Sequence record: DRR723986_4177
Strand: one strand, 5' to 3'
DNA length: 20,000 bases
Positions 19,945 through 20,000 of the stretch are shown here, piece by piece. Below the pieces are notes generated by a model. The model worked only from the letters and a program-made list of their open reading frames with translations. It made no database searches and had not been told where the DNA came from. How positions within the stretch are numbered: position 1 is the first letter of the stretch; each line of letters opens with the position of its first letter. Both the position numbers and the translations under genes were made by a program.

Positions 19945-19966
19945 TTACACTCCTTCGTGTAATTTA

Positions 19967-20000
19967 CTACAGCGCTTCCGCGCCCGAGATAATTTCAATC
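19967..20000 (-). CDS. atpG: F0F1 ATP synthase subunit gamma, extreme 3' end (partial)
   Basis: The minus strand reads IEIISGAEAL-TAG-TAA, the conserved AtpG C-terminus, immediately upstream of atpD. It is not in the ORF track. Confidence 0.92.
   Translation of the reverse strand, partial: IEIISGAEAL

Overview
This window looks like alphaproteobacterial chromosome; a marine lineage such as Kordiimonas is a guess from gene order and style only. About 14 kb (6101-20000) is a conserved housekeeping block: rplU-rpmA-obgE-proB-proA-nadD-rsfS-rlmH-gpmI-envC-ctpA-divergent polysaccharide deacetylase-rppH, converging on the 3' end of the ATP synthase operon (atpG end, atpD, atpC). The first ~5.9 kb is a variable patch. 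It holds the 3' part of a nitronate monooxygenase-family gene, an AT-rich orphan gene encoding a TPR + GT-A-like (DxD) protein behind a perfect 14-bp palindrome, a secreted alpha/beta-hydrolase with a non-canonical nucleophile elbow, a two-gene ABC-2 exporter with an interlocking palindromic operator but no adjacent regulator, and a nitrilase. I see no CRISPR array, tRNA, rRNA, transposase or integrase. I cannot support a clearly new multi-gene system. The best leads are the orphan TPR-glycosyltransferase unit, several unexplained cis-elements and the structured rplU leader.
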